Of a DNA stretch of 64,000 bases, positions 58,684 through 64,000 are shown piece after piece (the first letter of the stretch is position 1; every line of letters starts with the position of its first letter). Where the stretch lies: positions 1 to 64,000 of IMG/VR virus record IMGVR_UViG_3300020182_000010; one strand, given 5' to 3'. The translations under genes were made by a program, and so were the position numbers. This stretch comes from a virus. The notes beneath the pieces were generated by a model. The model was not told the DNA's origin. It did not search any database and worked only from the letters and a program-made list of their open reading frames with translations.

Positions 58684-59072
58684 CGGCGCATACTTGCAAT
58701 ATCTTTTGCATCTTCTTTTTTATCAGCAAAAATAGGAACCATATTTGATTTATGCATTGTGGCAATACCAAGTAGTTGCCGCTCACCACTATATGTATTT
58801 GCTTCTTTTGCTGGGCCATGCGATGAAATCTGATTACTCAGTTCAACATCGGGTTTATTCTCTGTATAATTAGGAATATTATTCACGTGCTTGCGTTTGC
58901 CATATTTGTCATACAGTTTGCCATCAAGTTGATCCTGACTTACACCCATCTTGCGCATAAACTTTTCATGTTCTGCTTCAGCCTTAATTAACTTTGCTGT
59001 TTTCTTACGTTTAGATTTCTTACTATTATACTTTGTTGTGGTCATGTGTGGACCAAGTAAGTGCATTGACAT
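58680..59072 (-). CDS. Phage hypothetical protein
   Basis: C-terminal GIATMHKSNMVPIF...AKDIASMRR. Confidence 0.75.
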   Translation of the reverse strand: MSMHLLGPHMTTTKYNSKKSKRKKTAKLIKAEAEHEKFMRKMGVSQDQLDGKLYDKYGKRKHVNNIPNYTENKPDVELSNQISSHGPAKEANTYSGERQLLGIATMHKSNMVPIFADKKEDAKDIASMRR

Positions 59073-59377
59073 TACGCTGCCTCCAAATGTTCTTTGATAG
59101 CAGTACACATTCTTGCATGTGTTTCGATAAAATCTGGACTTCCAAATAATTCTTGCAAGAAACCATGAGCCGCATACTCTGGAGATTGTACATAACTTGC
59201 TAGTAATTCATTATAACGATCTTCTGTATACGGTTCTACTAAGAATGGATGATCGTCAAACGGAAGACGATATTTTTCCATTTCTAGTGCGTACTCTTCT
59301 TCAGTAAGCAAGCATGATTGATAAAGTGGTGTGAGTCCTGGAAAGGTTACAATGTAGGCTGGCATCTTATTTGACAT
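59072..59377 (-). CDS. Hypothetical protein
   Basis: 101 aa, GGAG RBS. Confidence 0.65.
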   Translation of the reverse strand: MSNKMPAYIVTFPGLTPLYQSCLLTEEEYALEMEKYRLPFDDHPFLVEPYTEDRYNELLASYVQSPEYAAHGFLQELFGSPDFIETHARMCTAIKEHLEAA

Positions 59378-59543
59378 TTTTTACGCTCCGGAGCAAATTT
59401 CATTCTATGCCAATAACTTAACATAACAGATTGTTATTGTCAAGAGTTAATTTTGAAATACAAGTATTTAATTTGAATTAACTACCTATAAATACAATTG
59501 AGAGAATAGAAATGAGAAACTAGTAATTTACTAGGAGAGGGTA

Positions 59544-60005
59544 ATGATTGATCCGGTAACCGCCATTGGTTTGGCAACAACCGCCTTTAATGGAATTAAA
59601 AAAGCCATTGAGACAGGAAAAGAAATATCAGATATGGGAACTCAACTTGGACAATGGGCTAAAGCCAAATCCGATTTAGATTTCGCCCATCATAAAGCAA
59701 AAAATCCCCCACTATTTAAAAAGGTACTTAGTTCCAATATAGAACAAGATGCCTTGGAAGCCTGGGCACATAAGAAAAAGGCAGAGGAAATGCGTGAGGA
59801 ATTACGGCAGTATATTTCCCTATATTATGGTCCATCTGCTTGGGATGAAATAGTAACAATTGAATCTAAAATGCGTAAACAACGTAAAGAAATGGTTTAT
59901 GCTGCCGAAGAACGTAAAGAATTGATGATTGCATGGATTATTGGTGGTGGTATTTTTGTATTTGCTGCTATTATTTTTGCCATCGGTGTATCATACCTTA
60001 CCTGA
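59544..60005 (+). CDS. Hypothetical protein with C-terminal TM
   Basis: MIDPVTAIGLATTAF...; TATAAATA late promoter at 59487, GGAG RBS. Confidence 0.75.
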   Translation: MIDPVTAIGLATTAFNGIKKAIETGKEISDMGTQLGQWAKAKSDLDFAHHKAKNPPLFKKVLSSNIEQDALEAWAHKKKAEEMREELRQYISLYYGPSAWDEIVTIESKMRKQRKEMVYAAEERKELMIAWIIGGGIFVFAAIIFAIGVSYLT

Positions 60006-60010
60006 TAAAC

Positions 60011-60412
60011 TTAGGTACAAAGACCGGCTATCATTTGATAATGATTCCATGCTTGCTTTACCGATGGCAAGTTTTCTAAATCATCAACTGGTACCGCACA
60101 ATCAAGCCATACATATGGGACTATTGGAAAACTATCAATTGAACCAGACGCAAGTGGCATATGTAGTTTTCCCATATCATCTAATGTTATAACTAGTTTT
60201 CTAAATTCATTTTTTAGTGCGATATATTTGCCTGCCGTCGGACTTTTTAGATTATCTAAAAATGAATCCCATGCACGATTCCATTCGCTTGTCTTTCTCG
60301 GATCAAATCTATATATTCTAACCATTATAACTAAGACTTCATTAGGTGTTATATCTTTTTCATATAAATCTATTAAGCACTGTCCAAAATTCATACCAAT
60401 TTTCATTTGCAT
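60011..60412 (-). CDS. Hypothetical protein (paralogue A)
   Basis: Ends PSVKQAWNHYQMIAGLC. Confidence 0.7.
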   Translation of the reverse strand: MQMKIGMNFGQCLIDLYEKDITPNEVLVIMVRIYRFDPRKTSEWNRAWDSFLDNLKSPTAGKYIALKNEFRKLVITLDDMGKLHMPLASGSIDSFPIVPYVWLDCAVPVDDLENLPSVKQAWNHYQMIAGLCT

Positions 60413-60810
60413 AATCCTGCCAGCATTCTATAATGATCCCATGCAAGTTTTACAGCAGGTTCCATATCCTTCTCTCTTAGATTTATAGTATACCAATGTT
60501 CTTTTAATGACATAGATTGAAAATCCATTGCTCTTGTTGGAGATATAGTATCTCTATTTAAAATAGTTCCGTTCTCATGTAATTCAGTTATTAAATTTAC
60601 AACAGTATCATAGTCAAATAGATACAAACTATTTCTGCCCTGACTCCAATGTGCGGTCATGGGATCAATTTGCATCTTCCACCAATTATCAAGCGTTTCT
60701 GTATTTTTATGTATATCTTTATATGTAACAATACAATAGACAGTATCTAGGTCTACTTCTTCGTGTAATAAATCACTTATACAGAATTCTAAGTTGGTAC
60801 CAAAAATCAT
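60403..60810 (-). CDS. Hypothetical protein (paralogue B)
   Basis: Ends PAVKLAWDHYRMLAGLCK. Confidence 0.7.
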   Translation of the reverse strand: MIFGTNLEFCISDLLHEEVDLDTVYCIVTYKDIHKNTETLDNWWKMQIDPMTAHWSQGRNSLYLFDYDTVVNLITELHENGTILNRDTISPTRAMDFQSMSLKEHWYTINLREKDMEPAVKLAWDHYRMLAGLCK

Positions 60811-61343
60811 TGTGTTAATTGTAACTCATTATAAACTTCTTGGATACATATACTCTGCACTCTACAATCTTCTAACGCATTATGTGCCGCAAACTTAAAC
60901 TTTTTACGAGGATCTTCTGGCATCAAACCAAATAAGGTTCTACTATCCCTAATATTCCAAAAAACCCAATTAAAATGCTTATCATATTGTCTATATAAAT
61001 TTTCTAATATACATATATCAAAAACAGGTCCTTGACACCAAATTTTGTCTGCGCCTGTTAACCATTTATTTAACTCTTTTAATGTAGTTTCAACACTTGT
61101 ACGATTGTTGTCGCCCAGGGCTTCATCAACAATTTCATCAGGCTGTGTTCCCCACCACTGTAAAGTGTCAGATTCTATATCTCTACCTTTAGAAGTTTGG
61201 TCTTCTATCTCTAATCTATAGTAAAACTCACTATGCGGATCTACTTTTGTAAATGGATCAAACTTAATACCACCGATAGTTAATACAACCGCATTTGGTT
61301 TTGTACTTAGTGTTTCAATGTCAATCGTTGCGTGTGTTGTCAT
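60807..61343 (-). CDS. DEDDh 3'-5' exonuclease (Rv2179c/DexA-like)
   Basis: IDIETL, WCQGPVFD, RDSRT, HNALED. Confidence 0.88.
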   Translation of the reverse strand: MTTHATIDIETLSTKPNAVVLTIGGIKFDPFTKVDPHSEFYYRLEIEDQTSKGRDIESDTLQWWGTQPDEIVDEALGDNNRTSVETTLKELNKWLTGADKIWCQGPVFDICILENLYRQYDKHFNWVFWNIRDSRTLFGLMPEDPRKKFKFAAHNALEDCRVQSICIQEVYNELQLTQ

Positions 61344-62073
61344 TTATTCCTCGTAGTTTATTATTAGTTTTTATAACTTGTCTTATGATATCACTATCTG
61401 AAAATTCTAAAAATGCTTCTGTATCTTTGGGAAAACAATGTCCACTGTAACCCAATCCACCTTCATCATTTGGCGCTGACATATGTGATGGTCCTATGTT
61501 CTCAAATTTTCTAAGAATATCTATCATTGAGTTATGATTATAATCATTAGACATTTTACTATATATCTCATGGAAAAATGCAACTTTCATTGCTAACCAA
61601 TTATTATGGACATATTTAACCATACTAGAAGTTATTCTATCTGTATAAATGAATTCAGCATTGGGAAGATAATTAAATACCTGTTCCCATTTGTAACATT
61701 CTATCTGATATCCGCCTAGAATGAAATTAGTTTGTTCATTAAAATCTTTCTGGGCAGATTTCGCTTTTAGAAATTCTGGATTATAAGTTACATTTTTGCC
61801 ATATGTTTTTAATAAGTAGGGGTCTACAGTAGACTTGAGAAGAACTGAGAGGTCACCTAATTGATCCAATACTGACCTTATAATACTATCATCACATTTT
61901 CCATCAACAGAAGGTGTAGGAACACAAATGATAGCACTGGTAGCTTTATCCAAATAATCTTCTATTTTATTATCATTATACTTGGGATCAATTCGCACTA
62001 CATTCGTATTATTACTTTCTAAACTTTGTGCGACTGCTTCACCTACATAACCACATCCAATAATGAGTATCAT
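61321..62073 (-). CDS. UDP-glucose/GDP-mannose dehydrogenase-like protein, C-terminally short
   Basis: IIGCGYVG, ICVPTP, LKSTV, YNPEFL, K...N..LA.KVAF, GYSGHCFPKD. Confidence 0.85.
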   Translation of the reverse strand: MILIIGCGYVGEAVAQSLESNNTNVVRIDPKYNDNKIEDYLDKATSAIICVPTPSVDGKCDDSIIRSVLDQLGDLSVLLKSTVDPYLLKTYGKNVTYNPEFLKAKSAQKDFNEQTNFILGGYQIECYKWEQVFNYLPNAEFIYTDRITSSMVKYVHNNWLAMKVAFFHEIYSKMSNDYNHNSMIDILRKFENIGPSHMSAPNDEGGLGYSGHCFPKDTEAFLEFSDSDIIRQVIKTNNKLRGINDNTRND

Positions 62074-62284
62074 TCACTTCATCCTCTTTACTTTCATTTT
62101 CAATAATAAATTCTTTTAGTTTCATAATTTCATTACAATAGTAACTATATTTTCGTAATGCATCAATATTTTCAGTTTCAATGAATTCTCGGCTATACTT
62201 ATCTGCCTGTTTAGTTAGTTCAATGATCCTTAACTCATATCTTTTTCTTAATTTAAACTTATAACTACTCATTCTTATTTTCAT
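62039..62284 (-). CDS. Hypothetical protein
   Basis: 81 aa ORF. Confidence 0.5.
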   Translation of the reverse strand: MKIRMSSYKFKLRKRYELRIIELTKQADKYSREFIETENIDALRKYSYYCNEIMKLKEFIIENESKEDEVNDTHYWMWLCR

Positions 62285-62570
62285 TATTATTTTCTTCTTT
62301 TAATTCTGCAAGAGTTTTCTTTTCCCGTATTGCATCCTGTAAATCAAACACCTGTTCATTTTCTATCATCTTAATAATAGTATTTGTAGTTCCTATATCC
62401 TGCTGAATCATACCCAATTTAAACATTAATTTTTCTAATTCTTTTTGATAGAATTCTAATTCTCTTTCTTTTAGGGCACGTTTTTCATAAATGTCTGCTA
62501 GATTAATAATTAATTTTGGGGCAGTAGTAATATCTACTTCGATGTCTTCTGGCTTTATTATTTTCTTCAT
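62265..62570 (-). CDS. Hypothetical coiled-coil protein
   Basis: 101 aa, AGGAG RBS. Confidence 0.7.
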   Translation of the reverse strand: MKKIIKPEDIEVDITTAPKLIINLADIYEKRALKERELEFYQKELEKLMFKLGMIQQDIGTTNTIIKMIENEQVFDLQDAIREKKTLAELKEENNNENKNE

Positions 62571-62591
62571 AATAAATTACTCCTATTACTA

Positions 62592-62831
62592 TTAGTAATT
62601 ATCATTTTTTAAAATAGCCCACATTTCATCAATTCTATAGTTTTTAATATATTCATCCTCATTAGAATATTTGGAAGTTTTTTTTAATTTTTCTTCAATA
62701 TACCACAGAATTTGATATAAATCTTTTTTTGCATGCCAACAATTATATCCATCCATTGAATGGTTACTTTCTTGAAATGCGATCTTATCTATTTCATTTT
62801 TAATATTTTGTAAGTCCCAATCTTTAATCAT
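62592..62831 (-). CDS. Hypothetical protein
   Basis: 79 aa ORF. Confidence 0.65.
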   Translation of the reverse strand: MIKDWDLQNIKNEIDKIAFQESNHSMDGYNCWHAKKDLYQILWYIEEKLKKTSKYSNEDEYIKNYRIDEMWAILKNDNY

Positions 62832-63307
62832 AGTTTAGACCAAACATCAACATAGACTCCATCAGTAATACCACTATCTATTAACGTAAAATTCTCTTCA
62901 ATCAATGTACTGGGCAAAAAGGTATCACAATCATATGATCCACTAATACGACTTAAATGAAATTCATCAATAATTGGAAATAATCCCATAACTAATTTTG
63001 CGCCGCCAATGATCCAAACATTCTGTAGTTTACTCATATTAGTAATTTCAGTTATGGCATTGTCAAACTTAATATAATGATATCCACCCTTATCTTTGTC
63101 TAGTTCGCTGCTTGTAACGACAATATTATTACGATTGGGCAATGGCTTTACGGGCAAACTATCCCATGTACTTTTTCCCATTACTACAACGCAACCAGTT
63201 GTGGTATTTTTAAACCACTTCATATCAGCAGAATTATGTGGCCACGGAAGTCCACCATCTTTGCCGATACCCCAATTTTGATCACATGCTAGTATTACTC
63301 TAATCAA
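62828..63307 (-). CDS. folA: Dihydrofolate reductase
   Basis: GIGKDGGLPW, DMKWFK, VVMGKSTWDSLP..PLPNR.N, IIGG, CDTF. Confidence 0.95.
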   Translation of the reverse strand: MIRVILACDQNWGIGKDGGLPWPHNSADMKWFKNTTTGCVVVMGKSTWDSLPVKPLPNRNNIVVTSSELDKDKGGYHYIKFDNAITEITNMSKLQNVWIIGGAKLVMGLFPIIDEFHLSRISGSYDCDTFLPSTLIEENFTLIDSGITDGVYVDVWSKL

Positions 63308-63546
63308 TGATACGTTCTCCCTTTAATATTACTCAACTGGTTTTGTCTGTAATCTGTTACCAATTTTAATACAGCATCTATCTGATGTGGTAATTCTTCA
63401 TTGTCTTCTAAATGATATGGAAGTTGAATACATCTTATGTCACCATCAATATCAAATATAAATGCATAGTCAGTAGAATCTAAATCACTCTCTTCAGCCA
63501 GCCGTGTAATTTTATATTCCTTTAGCGTGTTTTTGTTTTTACTCAT
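63304..63546 (-). CDS. Hypothetical protein
   Basis: 80 aa ORF. Confidence 0.6.
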   Translation of the reverse strand: MSKNKNTLKEYKITRLAEESDLDSTDYAFIFDIDGDIRCIQLPYHLEDNEELPHQIDAVLKLVTDYRQNQLSNIKGRTYH

Positions 63547-63820
63547 TGATTAAACTGCTCCAGGTTTTTAACTTTTCTCTCTTAACTTTCATTCTAACAT
63601 TTAATTCTTCTTCTGCCAAGATACCTTGTTCTATCATTAGTTCAATCATACACATTACATCACCTGCTTCTTCAACAAGTTTATGTTTCCATTTATCCTG
63701 TATTTCTTCTTTATATCTATATTTACGTAGGTGTTTCATACAAACTTGTGTTAGTTCTCCACACTCTTCTGCGGTGATAGCCATTAACTGTTGATATGTA
63801 TTTATTGGGGTGTTATTCAT
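63539..63820 (-). CDS. MazG-like nucleotide pyrophosphohydrolase
   Basis: AEECGELTQ...LVEEAGDV. Confidence 0.8.
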   Translation of the reverse strand: MNNTPINTYQQLMAITAEECGELTQVCMKHLRKYRYKEEIQDKWKHKLVEEAGDVMCMIELMIEQGILAEEELNVRMKVKREKLKTWSSLINE

Positions 63821-63978
63821 CCTAACACCGTAAGTAATATTATAATTAATACAACCCATCCTAACCAATTAGAGCCGCCGCCAACAAGACCTTTGTTTTT
63901 TGCACAACCATAACAGTATCTATATTTCTTTGGTGTTTGATTACTACAAAAAAATGAATCACATGTTTTTTTACTCAT
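63817..63978 (-). CDS. Small Cys-rich membrane protein (53 aa)
   Basis: Own translation MSKKTCDSFFC...YCYGC...WVVLIIILLTVLG; GGAG RBS. Confidence 0.55.
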   Translation of the reverse strand: MSKKTCDSFFCSNQTPKKYRYCYGCAKNKGLVGGGSNWLGWVVLIIILLTVLG

Positions 63979-64000
63979 TCGTCAAAGAACTCCTGTAGTT

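Overview
AT-rich segment of a large tailed dsDNA phage (jumbo/T4-like myovirus style). It is probably marine and probably infects an alphaproteobacterium (inferred from GANTC-containing promoters, a SleB-type hydrolase and the metabolic gene set). Nearly all genes are on the minus strand. 1-17.8 kb: very large Gly/Thr/Ser-rich virion fibre/structural genes behind TAAATA late promoters. 17.8-26.6 kb: ClpA, J-domain protein, overlapping spanin pair, PhoH, FG-GAP lipoprotein, HAD nucleotidase. 26.6-28.7 kb: ten tRNA genes, including atypical Ser(ACU) and long-variable-arm Ile(UAU), plus unexplained structured RNA segments. 29-64 kb: accessory genes including GroES, a DnaE fragment, two MazG-like proteins, full-length PutA coupled to a Coq4-motif gene, a ParB/DGQHR + HNH + PD-(D/E)XK nuclease cluster, Smr, clamp loader, LamG fibre, glutaredoxin, MetK, cytidylyltransferase, GuaC, SleB hydrolase, a GreA variant, exonuclease, UDP-glucose dehydrogenase-like protein and DHFR. 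The strongest unexplained signal is nine sigma70-type promoters that all carry a GANTC site (TGATTCG in eight, the GcrA-preferred YGAKTCG motif) at a fixed spacer position, suggesting early transcription wired to host CcrM/GcrA methylation. All calls are by eye; no searches were run.
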